From contig NC_045698.1 of assembly GCF_009834535.1 (NCBI RefSeq), positions 4,838,001 to 4,902,000 on the forward strand: a DNA stretch of 64,000 bases, in the 5' to 3' direction. Below are positions 26,626 to 39,110 of this stretch, one piece after another. The DNA is from Camelus ferus (lineage: Eukaryota). A program made the translations under genes and the position numbers. Within the stretch, counting starts at the first letter, position 1. Each line of letters starts with the position of its first letter. The notes beneath the pieces are model-generated. The model had not been told where the DNA came from and did not search any database. It saw nothing but the letters and a program-made list of their open reading frames with translations.

Positions 26626-27120
26626 GTTTTTGTTTTGTTTTGTTTTGTTGTTTTTTAAATTCCACATATGAGCAATCTCATATGGTATTTTTCTTTCTCT
26701 TTCTGGCTTACTTCACTTAGAATGACATTCTCCAGGAACATCCATGTTGCTGCAAATGGCATTATGTTGTCAGTTTTTATGGCTGAATAGTATTCCATTG
26801 TATAAATATACCACCTCTTCTTTATCCAGTCATCTGTTGATGGACATTTAGGCTGTTTCCATGTCTTGGCTATTGTAAATAGTGCTGCTATGAACATTGG
26901 GGTGCAGGTGTCTTTTTGAAGTAGAGTTCCTTCAGATATATGCCCAGGAATGGGATTCCTGGGTCATATGGTAAGTCTATTCCTAGTCTTTTGAGGAATC
27001 TCCATACTGTTTTCCACAGTGGCTGCACCAAACTGCATTCCCACCAACAGTGTAGGAGGGTTCCCTTTTCTCCACAGCCTCTCCAGCATTTGTCATTTGT
27101 GGACTTCTGAATGATGGCCG
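26626..27120 (-). mobile_element. Young camelid-type L1 fragment (ORF2 C-terminus), 3'UTR missing
   Basis: Near-intact peptides [34 protein letters not shown] and [27 protein letters not shown]...ICGI*, followed directly by an (AAAAC)n-like tract. Confidence 0.9.
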
Positions 27121-30034
27121 TTAACATCATTCTGAAATATGAGCTGTGGTACTAGCTGGTATTTCTAATAAAAGAAGATGAAGCATAAAAATAAGAGATT
27201 GGGATTTTTCCACACATTTTAATAATTTAGAAGCATAAATTCAGATATGATTCCATGGACTTTGGCTAAACCCCCAAGCTGCAGTATTCAGCATTCTGGA
27301 GTGAATTTTCTAACCTCTGATGGGGTGCACAGCACTCCACTCCGTGGTAGAAAAATGGCAGAAGTCATGCGAAGGAGGTGGTAGAGCGTGACTTACATAA
27401 AAAATGGACTTCATCTTGGGTGGGAGGAAGACCAGGGGTGTTGATCACGCCAGATAGGCAAGCTATGCATTTCAATTTTCCTTCCCTCCTTTTGCTGTAG
27501 AGAAATACTGGAAGACTTTAGAATTTTATTTCCTAACAATTATGTGAGAGAACAAATAAAATTATCATGCTACACCACAAGTCTCGAGTGAAAACTCTCT
27601 ACCACCTTCCCCATGAGACCCAGAGAAGTCCTGAGAATACTCTGTCCCAGTTTTGAGTGTCTGCAGGGCATCTTCCCTGGTAAGCTCTCACTGCAGTAAA
27701 GGCCAAGTTTGCAAAGACTCTTCCCCCAGCAAAAATACTCAAGAAAGGCACAATTCAGGTGGGTATCACTCCCATGTTACACAGGTCACAAAATCACTGA
27801 AAGTATCATGTATTTGGGGGGCTTTGGTATTGTGACATCCACAACATATGTAGAGATGACTGGATGAACAGGACCTTTTTTTTTTTATATCCAAAGACAC
27901 ATTTGTAACTTTCAAGTATAAATAGTGAGCGTTTAGATTCAGATAGTCTGATGATTGTTGGTTAACTTCTTGAAGTAACTCCGTTCTTGTGAGGATCCCT
28001 GGAGAAATGTCAAGATATACTGCTGTTTGGGGGATAGTCTCCACTGATGTGTGTCTGGCTGGGATGACAACTCCCCATGGGGGTGAACTAGCTCTTTGAA
28101 AATGAGATTCAACATCATGCCTCTCACTAACAAACACATTTTCAAATGCATTTCACAACTCAACTTCCCATAGCACCAGCTGGATGATAACAATAATCTT
28201 GTTGAATACATTTTGACATCAATAAATTGGGAAAAGCCCTAATGGAAAAAATATAAGGTAGGCACTATGACCAGTTCTTGACAGATCCCTCCCATGGTCA
28301 ACTTCTACCTTTTCCTACTGGAGTTTTATAAGTATGACATTCCTTGTTCTCCTGAGGATTTTCAACCCTGGACCTTTGTAACAGAACCATAATTCAACAT
28401 TTCAGTTTCATGCAAATAGTGAAGACCATGTGAGCCCTGAGAATGATAACTAAGACCCCAGCTTCAGGGCTTCACCCTGGTAAGTCATATACAAATTACT
28501 TTCTCAGGATATTCCTTCTTTCTGAAAAATGTTCTACAATCTGGAGTCTGGAGACCGTGTGGGTAGATGGGCTTGGAAAGTCTGAAGTGACCTTTGAAGA
28601 TTTTCTGTTCAAGTTTGTTCTACACATTCCTTTGTGTTCTTTCAATATCAAGGTGATTTCATTAAAAGCTACTACTTTAATTTCTATGACACATATTAAC
28701 CATTTCGCCAGCAGTGGCTTCCCTTGAGTCATAATTCATGTCAATCTAGATGCCTTGAAGAGACATCAGTGAATTTCTTAACTGGCACTGAACCTCCAAG
28801 GCAAATTCTGCAGCAGCTCATCACTAAGACCCCAAGTGTCAAAACCGAGCAGGCACATCACTCAGGAGAATCTAGGTTATGCCTGATGACAGTCATACCA
28901 AGCCCCCAGTGGTGCCACATAATGTCACTGCCTCATTGCCTTGGGTCTCAGTACCTGTCCAGGACCCCTGCCCTCCATGCTGTGGCTCAGACTTTCAGGC
29001 CATTTGCTTGGATTCTGGGGGTGTCTCTGTTTCAACAGGTGCTCCCACAATCATCACAGCAGGAGGGGTGACCTGGAGAGGTGACACCAGCCATCATAAG
29101 CTTCAGCCTGAAAACACACACATTACTTCTGCTTTGCTCTTTACAAGCCGGAAATGTTCACGTGGCCAAGATTCACTTTGCAGGCGGGGAGTTTACTCCT
29201 CTGTGAGCCTGGAAGTAGAAAAGAAAAGAATGCGAGTCAGTTTAGAAATGCCTCCCACTCGGAATTATAATAACTCTCTGCGGGACACGCAGCGATGGCA
29301 TCTGGCACGTATGTGGGGCTCGTAAGCTGTGCCTCCAGTATCTATGTAAATCTCCCTTTGATGAGATTTTTCAGTGGCAAGTGCTTTCAGTCAGGAATAA
29401 ATAAATTTAAATTAAGGGTCTTCTCTCACATATTTTAGAGTAAATTTAAAAGCTTAAAAAATTATAAACTCCAGTAAACAAGCTTCATTTCTTGAATATA
29501 ACTCTGCACATCTAACAGCGGTTTTGTGTATTCTACGTTGAACCTGTATGTGGAAGTAGGTGAAGTTGCATTTTATTCATGACACTGTAGGCGCTGTAAG
29601 TTTCTTTGTAAGCTCTAGCCATATTATGATGTGACACATTTTTTCATGATTATGAAATAGCTAGTGTTTGTTACTAACTTGAAATAAAGGCAAATGTGAA
29701 AAACAAAGTGAAAAAGTACCATTAGTGCCACATCTCAGAAATAACCAGTTACCATTCGGGGCTCTTGCTGTAAATGGGGTAAGATGTGAAGCAACCCACC
29801 AGTGGAGCAGTCCCCTGTAAACCCACAAGAGCATGCTGGGAGTTGCAAACTAACTTCCTTGTAGAATCACTGAAGAAGTGTGTTAAAAATAGCTTTCTGG
29901 GAGACTTTCCAAGTTTAATACATCAGAATTTCCAGGTGTGAGCCTCAAGAGTTTATAATTTTAATAAGCTCCTTAGACATTTCTTATAAAACCAACTCAG
30001 CCCAATTCCAAAAATAAATGTCTGGAAGCCACCA

Positions 30035-30272
30035 TTATATGATGTATGATTATATGTGTGCATGATGGTTACATATATGTATGATGTATGACTACATGTA
30101 TGCTACATGCTTGTTGCCAGTGTGGTGTGTAATTGCATGCATGTATGACGTGTGATGACTGCATGCATGGTTTATGATTACATGTGTATATGGCAATCAC
30201 ATGTATGAAGCATGATGATTACATGCATGACGTATGGTCTGTGTGTGATAATTACATGTGTGCATGATGATT
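30035..30272. repeat. Degenerate ATG/CATG-rich tandem repeat
   Basis: Recurrent units such as tgtatgatgtatgactacatg, gcatgatgattacatgcatg and gtgatgactgcatgcatg. Confidence 0.7.
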
Positions 30273-30586
30273 GATTCCTGGTCGTTGGTGTCCCTCACTC
30301 CCTCACATGCCCATATTCAGCCTAACAATAGACTCTAGCTTCTACAAACTCACATCTCTCAAATCTGACCAATAACACCACTCACCCACCTTGCCATCAT
30401 CCTGAGCAAAACAATCATCACTTTTTGACTGGGCAATAGAAACATCTTCCTCAATGGCTTTACTGATTTTTTTCCTGCCTAGAATCATATTGTTAAAGTG
30501 TAGATGGGTGCCTGTTACCATCCACTGGCTCGTACTGCAGTGACAATGAAATACAGTTGAATTCCCAGGCTCGTAATGCTCTGCAC

Positions 30587-30720
30587 AAGTGGTCCTCAAA
30601 CAGACTCTTCCAGTTGTGCACCAGGAAGAGGCCAGGGACACTACTAACCAGCGCACAGGACAGCCCCCACAACAAATTATCTCTCCCAAATGTCAGTAGT
30701 GCTGACAGTGAAACGTTCTA
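30587..30720 (+). mobile_element. MER20 (hAT-Charlie) with internal deletion, inserted in L2, 8-bp TSD
   Basis: aagtggtcctcaaa...aggccagggacactactaa...gcacaggacagcccccacaacaaattat...aaatgtcagtagtgctga. TSD ctctgcac (30579-30586) / ctctccac (30721-30728). Confidence 0.8.
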
Positions 30721-30779
30721 CTCTCCACAAGCTGGCTCTTCTACCAAACTTGTGTTTATTCATGACTGTAGCCATTTTC

Positions 30780-30962
30780 CTCAGTCCTCCCATCTGTAGA
30801 GTCAGAAACTTCCTAATTACTTGTGGGAGAGCCAGGATAAAGAGCTTCCCAAGCTGCATGAGGTTTTGCATGAGCATGAAATAAGCCTTGTGTGTGCTGA
30901 GCCACTGAGACCCAGGGGCTGTCTGTGCCTACAGCATACACTGTCCTAACCTGACTCGTACA
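30780..30962 (+). mobile_element. MLT1 LTR 3' fragment
   Basis: catgaaataagccttgtgtgtgctgagccactgagacccaggggctgt...acagcatacactgtcctaacctgactcgtaca. Confidence 0.65.
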
Positions 30963-31089
30963 CGTATCTCCCCAAGTCAATGAATACACATTACCAACAT
31001 GGATTTTTTAATGGCTGTACTGTTTTCCATTTAGGCTATACCACAATTTATTTGATTTTACTCCACTGTGAGAAGAGTTTATTTTAGTT

Positions 31090-33190
31090 AAAAAGAAAAC
31101 AAATAAAAGTAAACAGAAAAAAAAACTCCTAGAATTAATCAGCTGTTATAGAAAAACTGTCCTGCACACTATAGAATATTTCATAGAATTCCTGGTCTCT
31201 GCCTACTAGATGCAAGCGGCATCCAAGTTGTGACAACCAAAAATGTCTCCAGACATTGCCCAGTATTTCCTGGGGACAGATTTCCTCCTGTTTGAGAATT
31301 ACTGATGTAGATCATTACAAGCCTAGAAAATGCATTTATAATTTACTGCCACTGCAGTGGGAAGCCAGTGGATGGTAATTGGCAGTATGGTGAGACAAGG
31401 GTCACTTTCTCAATCACTTTCCTATACACTAGCAAAATACAAGTGGGATTTGAAATTTAAAGCACAATACCATTTTTATTAGGACCCCACAAAATGAAAT
31501 ACTTAGGTATAAATTTAACAAAACATCTACAAGTTCTATATGAGGAAAACTACAAAACTCAGATGTGAGGGGAAAAAAACCAAGTAAATAGAGAGATATC
31601 CTATGTTCATGGATAGGAAGACTCAAAATTATCAAGATGTCAGCTCTTCCCAACTTGATCTATATATTGAATGCAAACCCAGTCAAAATTCCAGCAAGTT
31701 ATTTTATGGATATTGACAAACTGATTGTAAAATTTATACAGAGAGGCAAAAGATCCAGAATAGCCAACATAATATTGAAGAAGAACAAAATCAGAGGACT
31801 GATACGACCTGAATTCAAGACTTACTGTAAAGCTACAATAATCAAGACAGCAGTGTAAGAAAAAATAGACAGATTGATCCATGAGCAGAATAAAGTCCAG
31901 ATATAGACCCACATAAATACAGTCAACAGACCTTTGACAAGCAATTTAGGCACAGATCCTTCATCCTTCACAAATATTAATTCAAAATGGATCATAGACC
32001 TAAATGTAAAAAGCAAAACTACAAAAGGTAATATATGAGAAAACCTAGATGCCCCTGGTTATAGTGATGACTTAATGACTTCTTAGATGCAACACCAAAG
32101 GCACCATCCATGAAAGAAAGAATTAATAGGCTGGACTTCATTAAAATTAAAAACCTCTGTTCTGCAAATGATAATACCAAGAGAATGAGAAGAAGACAAA
32201 CCACAGACTGGGAGAAAGCATTTGCAAAAGATTGATATGATAAAAGATTATAATCCAAAAATTTATAAAGAACTCTTAAAACTCAACAAGAAAACAAAAA
32301 ATCCAATTAAGAAATGGGTCAAAGACTTTAGCAGACACTTCATCAAAGATGATATGGATGGCAAATAAGCACATGAAAATGATGCGCCACATCATGCGTC
32401 ATCGGGGAGATACAAAGTAAACAATAAGATATTAATGCATAGTTACTAGAGTGGCCAAAATCAGGAACACTGACAACACAAAATGCTGGAGAGGATATGA
32501 AGCAACAGGAACTCCCATTCACTGCTGGTGGGAACGCAGAGTGGTGCAGCCACTTTGGAAGACAGTTCGGTGGTGTCTTACGGAACCAAACTTACTCTTA
32601 CCACATGATCCAGCAATCATGCTCTTTCATATTTACTCAGATGAGCTGAAAATGTACATCCACGCAAAAGCCTTTAAACAGATGTTTATAGAACCTTTAT
32701 GTATAACTGCTGAAACAACCGAGATGTCCTTCAGCAGGTGAATGGATAAATAAACTGTGTTGTGTCCAGACAATGGAAGATTATTCAGTGCTAAAAAGAA
32801 ATCAGCTAGCAAGCCATAAAAAGACAAGGAAAAACCTTAAAGGCGTCTTATTAAGTGAAAGAAACCAACCTGAAAAAGCTACATTTGATACCAACTATGT
32901 GACATTCTGGAAAATGCAAAACTATGGAAACAATAAAAAGATCAGTGGCTGCAGGCGTTAAGAGTGGGAAGGGACAGGTCGGTGGAGAACAGAGAATTTG
33001 TACAGCAGTGAAAAGACCCCATATGGTAGCATCATGGTGGAGACATGTCATTACACATTTGTCCGAACCCACGGAATGCACAGCACCAAGAGGAACCGCA
33101 GCGTGAACTCTAATTGGGGTGATTGTGATGCGCTGATGCAGGCACATCAATTGTAACACATACACGACTCTTACGGGAGATGACGTGCAG
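31090..33190 (+). mobile_element. Old L1 (L1MC-like) ORF2 3' part plus 3'UTR, interrupted at 31157-31390
   Basis: Peptides MSALPNLIYILNANPVKIPASYF...KTYCKATIIKTA and TDNTKCWRG...HCWWE...VQPLWKT. The 3'UTR motifs tatgtgacattctggaaaatgcaaaactatgg and tgtcattacacatttgtccgaaccc resemble L1MC1. Confidence 0.85.
31157..31304 (-). mobile_element. MER20 5' two-thirds (part of an inverted duplication)
   Basis: Reverse complement reads cagtaattctcaaac...ggcaatgtctggagacatttttggttgtcacaact...gcatctagtaggcagagaccagg...gtgcaggacag. Confidence 0.85.
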
Positions 33191-36100
33191 GGTTAAAACG
33201 TATTTTCTTTGTCCTCTAAGGTTGACCAGGAGTTTCCAAACGCTGGTCTTCTGGGATTTAGGAAGTAAATTCATGTTTATCCTCCCCAGTAAATTTCATA
33301 GTTTTGTAATGTTTGAACATGCGATATGTAACGGCCCCTGAGCTGCCTGTAGTAAAACTTCTTAATATTTCTGATCTGAGTGTGTAAAGAAGGTATTGGC
33401 ACTTGCTTCCGTGGGGGGCTGAGACCCATCGTACCCAGACTCCCAGAGAAGTGCCCCACGCGCAGCAGGCGCTCTGTGCGTTTCACAGTTTGTGGTCACT
33501 GTGGGCACTAATCAGATTTTAAAGTGCTCAGCGGTCAATGGGAGTCAGGGAAGGGAGCCTCCTCTGCTGAGATTTTTTTTTCATAGGGAGGGAAGGAAAC
33601 AGAATTAAACTCACAAAAAACAGAGGGCACGGAGGAAAGCCTGTTTAGTTATTTATTTTGAATTAGGGAGACTTCAGTTGAGTTTTGAAACCCTCTGAGA
33701 GTCAAGGGTCACCAGCTTTGATGCTGATGCTGGTGTCCACTTTGTGAAGACTCGAGGCGTGTGGCTGCTATCCCGGAAGTAAGGAGGCATCAAGGTCCAG
33801 GGTAGCAAGAATGACACAAATGTTTCTGATGGTGCCCTGCTGTTTTTGCGACGCAGAACATACCGGCAGGCGATGTTTTTGAGGTCAAATTCTAAGCAGG
33901 ACTCATATCCAAATTTTTCCTTTTGCCTATTAAATGACCGTGACTCATCCCTAATACTATCTGGGGTCAGATTGTTTTATTAAAGGACAAAATTAAACTA
34001 AAATCTGCAGGAAGACAAAGAGACACATTTGGACCTTTTTGTTCTCTGTAAATTAAAACTTTGTTTGTCTAGGCTATCACAGGAAACAATAAATTGTGGT
34101 TTATAAGTTTAACTCCAGTGAAGCAAACTTAGATGGCTGAGTTGCTTTTAGAGGAGAAAATAGGAGAAATCTAGAAGCTCTGATCACGTCAAGCTTAAAA
34201 GTTTGGCAAAAACAAAAGTGTAATTTGTAATAATACTTAAGAAGTCTAAAGAGTACAGAAATCTAAAATTCTGTACAGGTTTTCAAATTTTCTCCCAAAA
34301 GGATTACGAAAGTGTCTTGGACATCAAACTGTCATGCCTTTTGCCATGTACAATAAATGTGATAGTCTTAGTTTGGTGATTTGATGGAAAGAAAGCAAGT
34401 AAGTCAGAAAGATGTGGGGGTTTAGAGTATTCCATTGGCCACACATCTGATTGTCCTTGCAGTGGTTTTATTTTGCAACACTGTAGAATCCTAATGAGAT
34501 ATGAAGAAAGGAAGCCTAGAAAACAAGTGAATTTCCATATTGGCAGGGACAGAGGCATGTCAGCTGAAGGGAATTAGCCAGGACTGCAAGCCTCACTGGG
34601 CTTTTCCTGACCCAGCATCTTAAACTGCCCTCATCTGAGAGCATCCGACCACAGGCTATTAGAAATGTTTTTGCACATTTTCTACAATAGAATAAACAAT
34701 GTGGCAACAGGACGATTAAGGTAAAGAAATGTGATTAACTTAGATCCAAACATATTTTGTTCTGTTTGATGGTTTTCAATGCTCAAAAAGGAGAGAACTG
34801 GATAATATAGGAAGATATTTTGTAAAACAAAGTAACCTTTGGCACATTGGCTGAAAAAGGCTAGGCAAGGAAAGTAGGTAATGGTCTCACCCCCAAGAAC
34901 AAAGGAAAACAAATGTTTATTTATGGAGAGCTCATAGAAACTAACATAGCATGGATACATAGCCTGTCCTTACGTGTTATGATTTATGTTGGTGCTTTTT
35001 CTGATTGGGGGCAGAACAGCTCACATTTTGCATCTTACGTACTATGCAAGGTATTTGCACATCCAGGTGTTTGTATCTCAGCTCCTCTCACAATCCCTAT
35101 GATACAGGCACGTGCCCCACGTTTTATAGGCAAAGCCACTGAGATGCAGAGTTTGAGGATTATGCTGGACCACGCCTCATTTTGGTGGTGGAGTCGGCCT
35201 TTGTCTGAGACGCCCTCTTTGTTGGAAGGTGGCTCTTGAGAGACTGGCACCACCAGGTCGGTGGGGTCGGGGCTGGTGAAAGGTGTTAGTGCATTATTTC
35301 TGCAGTAACTCCCCAAGTTGTAGGCTGGAGTCATCTTGGTGGGATTGACAAGGCCATTTAAAAATTCTGCTAATCTTGAGAACCTCTTTTAAAAAAGAAA
35401 AAGAAATTCTTTCACCTTACCTCCCTTACCAGGAAATTCTGGTTCAAGACATCTGTGTTGAGATCCAGGAATCTGTATGTTTGAAAGTCTTCTGGAGTCG
35501 ACCTCAGCTGAGCAGGACACGTGTGGTCTTTGTTGCATCTTACTGCTGTGATTTGCATCTGGCATCCACGCCTGTGGTCGTCATGGTTCTGTCTTCTCCT
35601 TTATCTTCTTCGTCTTGGTCTTCTTCATCTTTGCTTTCTCACCCTCTCTCTTTTTAAGTTAAGAAACAACAAAAAAGCAAAGAGAGTAACCAAGCAGGTA
35701 TGCACCCATGACTAGAGATGGCACCTTTACAAAGTTGCATTTTCTATTCGTTTGGGCAGGAAGAGCTCAGCACTGGTGATGAAGCTGATGTTTTCCTCCC
35801 GCTGTTGCAATTTCCTCCCTGGTTTTTGCCCTTTCTTGGTCAGAGCTGTCGTCTCAGGATTATTGTACAACTATCTCAGATGAAAAGCTTGTCACGTAGT
35901 TTGCTTACAAATCCGCTTCCCTCCTCAAGCATCGTTTGATTGATCTCCCACCTGCAAAGCAACGGAAGCAATTACAAAAGCCCTCGCTTTACCCAAAGTC
36001 GTCACTACCAAGAATGAGCTCACCGCTAAATAATTAAACCCTCTTCCTGATCGCTGGAGGAGACAGAGGGCAAATAGAGACCCCCGGGAGGACCCTGCTT

Positions 36101-36912
36101 CCTACCTGGAGGAACAGATTTCCTAAATTACATGAGACTACAATAGTCCTGCACTCTCTGTTCTTTGAAAATTCGCCTTGTGCACTGACATTAAATACAA
36201 ACGTACAAACACATACACTCTCCAGTTCGCAGCGCACAACTCAGGCCGAAGTTTCCTGTCCCTCAAACTATGCCCTTGAAAAAATCAGGGCAGATTTGTG
36301 TTACCTCCCGTGGTCAGTCTGAATTCACAGAAATTGCATGTTACGATACCCCGCAGTCGCTGAAAATTGCCCACTATTAACCTTCCTTACCAATAAATCA
36401 CTAGACTCACGGAAGGTAATTTCAGAGACATGTAGGTGGGCTGAAATAATGACAGTTGAATGAAGTGCCAGCATTTTCACAAGAGGTCCCTCAGTGCAGA
36501 TTTCTTCTAAAGATTCTAAACGGATCCTTCTTTTCAAATCTGAAGCAGGTCACTACCTAACTTACAAGAGATTGATGAGAACTGTGTCCAGAGGCAAATG
36601 AGCTATTGGCAGCTTCACAGCACGAAGCTTTTTATTTATACGTCATGCTTTTTATTTTCCCATGTAAATCTCATGTTATCTCTACAGCACCCATGTGGAT
36701 GGAGTAAAGGGAACGTTTTCTTCCCTTCCACCCCCACAGGAATGTAAAGACTTGAGAGGACAGATGACTCCGCCGAGAGCACAATTAATAAATGGTAAAG
36801 CTGAAACCAAACCTAAATTTACCCGACCCAGTGTGTTTCTCTCCTGGATCACTGTACTTCACTAGAAACCCCCCTTAGATTACTCTGCATCAGAGAATAC
36901 ATGATGGTAAAA

Positions 36913-37082
36913 ATAGTGTATCTGTTAACCCCAAACTCCTAATTTATCCCTACCTCTTTGGTAACCATAGTTTGCTTTCTATGTCCATGAGTCTATTTCT
37001 GGTTTGTAAACAAAATTTGTGTCAATTTTTTTTTTTCAGATTTCACATATTAGTGATATCACATGATATTTGTTTTTCTCTG
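36913..37082 (-). mobile_element. L1 3'UTR fragment lacking its last ~190 bp
   Basis: gtatctgttaaccccaaactcctaatttatccc...ggtaaccatagtttg...agatttcacatattagtgatatcacatgatatttgtttttctctg. Confidence 0.85.
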
Positions 37083-37096
37083 AAAACAGCTTTTTT

Positions 37097-37145
37097 TGTT
37101 ACCAAACCAAACTTGGGTCTACTTGTCCACTCACAGTAAAGCCAA
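37097..37145 (-). mobile_element. ERV1-type LTR terminus
   Basis: tgttaccaaaccaaacttgggtctacttgtcc...cagtaaagccaa matches the recalled end of the same cetartiodactyl LTR family seen at 37964-38330. Confidence 0.55.
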
Positions 37146-37332
37146 CAAGGACCTACTATACAACACAGGGAAATATATTCAGTTTCCTGTAATAACATAT
37201 AATGGAAAAGAATTTGAAAAGAAAAATATATATCTATGTATGTATACATATAGATGAATTGCTTTGCTGTACACCTGAAACTAACACTGTAAATCAACTA
37301 CACTTCAATAAAAAATGAAATTAAAAAAAAAA
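37143..37332 (+). mobile_element. L1 extreme 3' end with polyA
   Basis: caacaaggacctactatacaacacagggaaatatattcag...ctgtacacctgaaactaacactgtaaatcaactacacttcaataaaaa. Confidence 0.9.
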
Positions 37333-37963
37333 CACATTGGTTTACATCTTTCCCAGTATTAATCTGTCATGCTTTTATACAGTTGAAGTGAACTCTGAAA
37401 CCTCAGTTAAAATGTATCCCAAGCTGAAATTTTAACAATAAGGTAGAGAAGAGGCTGTTATCAGATGAGTACTTTTAAAAATGTATGTTTTATATTCAAA
37501 TAAACTGAAAAGAATTTAAAAAATTAGAGCGAAAAAAATGCAACAGGTAGGTAAAATAAATTACTTCACACAAGTTTTATCTTGACATTCTTAATCATTC
37601 AGTGCCATAAAGTTTTAAGGCTAAAGATTTGGCACACATACTGTAATAAAAAGTCTTCCTAGTCTGCCCCCAAAGTCTTGTGTTTTAAGTATTTCATTCC
37701 TTTATTTATTTGCTTATTTGAGAAATGATTTGGGAGCCCTACCAAGACACCCAACCTAGACTGTGTGTTTAGGACGGTCTTTAGAGTTTCATTCTGAATC
37801 TGCTCCGTTGCACACGATGGGGGATGACTGAGCCTCACGCTGCGAGTCCCCCCAGCATGGCTGAAGTGGCTTTGGCTGGAAAAGGTGAGGGCAGGCTCCA
37901 TCAGATGCCCACGCAGTGGAAAGGCCCCCTGAGTGGAGCACCCCAGGATAGCTTTGAACATTG

Positions 37964-38330
37964 GTCATCGGGAGTCAGCATCATCAACGTTCTGGTTCCA
38001 GCCTGCCAGGGGTCTCTGTGCCAGGGGGCGGGACACAACTAACTTCCTCTACCTGGTGAGGTTTCAGTACCTGCAAAAAATCATGGCTCAGAATGTTATC
38101 TACAATCTTTGAAGAGGAACTAAAGCTCCTTGATTTGTTTAATGGCTAAACTGTTATTATTTTGTCTTGCTTGACTATTTTCCTTTCTTTCTATGTTTTC
38201 TCACTTCTCTGATTAAACTTACTCTTTGGAACTTGGGGAAGGCCTAGGAAGCTGAAGTTGTTCTGCAGACAAGAGGCAGGCAAGGGGGGTTCTGTTCCGG
38301 GAAGGCTCCATAGGGTCCTGCTCCATTACA
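37964..38330 (-). mobile_element. ERV1-type LTR, partial
   Basis: gggagtcagcatcatcaac...ctggttcca...gaggaactaaag...tttggaacttggggaaggcctagg...atagggtcctgctccattaca; the minus strand starts with TG. Confidence 0.75.
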
Positions 38331-38639
38331 TCTTTATAAATAACTGAATTGATTTTAAGCACAAATATTTGAAGTTAACAAAATTCATCAATCAGTGGTT
38401 ATCTGTTCCTAGTGTCTGGGTTGTTGTGGGGAAGAAGAAGATTAATTACTCTAAAATCTTCATCAGCTGAAAAAAGGATGCTATAGTTAAATGGCCCACT
38501 TTGGGCTTTTTAACTAAAACTAGATCAGATGACTCCACCTTTCTCCTGTCAGTCTCACCCCAATGCATGTACACACACAAACACACACACTTACATTCCA
38601 GTGGATGTTCAGGCTTTTGTGTTGTGCTGTGGAGGTAGC

Positions 38640-39110
38640 TTAGGCTTCGCTGGTGGGCGTGGGACAGTGTAAAACCATCAGACAGGCATCAGGGGCCAGC
38701 TCTTCCTCCCCCTCAGCCTCCCTCCTCCTGGACATCGGGGTCCTCTTTGACACTGGCCATGTGCTAGACTCCCTCTCCCCAGACCGTCCCTTCTTCCCAA
38801 GGTCCAAACCCACGTTTCCAATTCAGCTTCCATCTATGTGATTTATAAGGTCATCAAATGATGCTTGTAAAATCTGAATTCTGCCCCTCACTCCCAAACT
38901 ACTGTTCCCCTGAGAGGCCCCCATATGAGAAATAGCCACGCTGTCTTTTAGGCTTCCAGATGTTGAAAATCATGCCTTCATTGAAATGCCTTTCCCTCAC
39001 CGCTCTGCACCAGCTTCAGCCAGCAGTAATTCTTTATTTTGTGTTTTGCACATAGTACACTGCCCTACATGTAGTAGGTTCTCAGGAAATGGTTTGTTGG
39101 GTGAGTGAGA
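38640..39110 (+). mobile_element. L2 remnant
   Basis: cctctttgacactggcc...ccctcactcccaaactact...gcacatagtacactgccctacatgtagtaggttctcaggaaatggtttgttgggtgagtga. Confidence 0.6.

Noticed and set aside
28449..28833. 12-bp repeat actaagacccca at ~28449 and ~28822
   Set aside because: Too short, and no element recognised between the copies; compatible with chance.
30035..30272. Repeat array as CRISPR-like or coding repeat
   Set aside because: Units are degenerate with no constant repeat and unique spacer structure; it is a eukaryotic simple repeat.
35545..35650. Acidic minus-strand peptide ESKDEEDQDEEDKGEDR
   Set aside because: By-product of a CT-rich low-complexity tract; no splice or start context.
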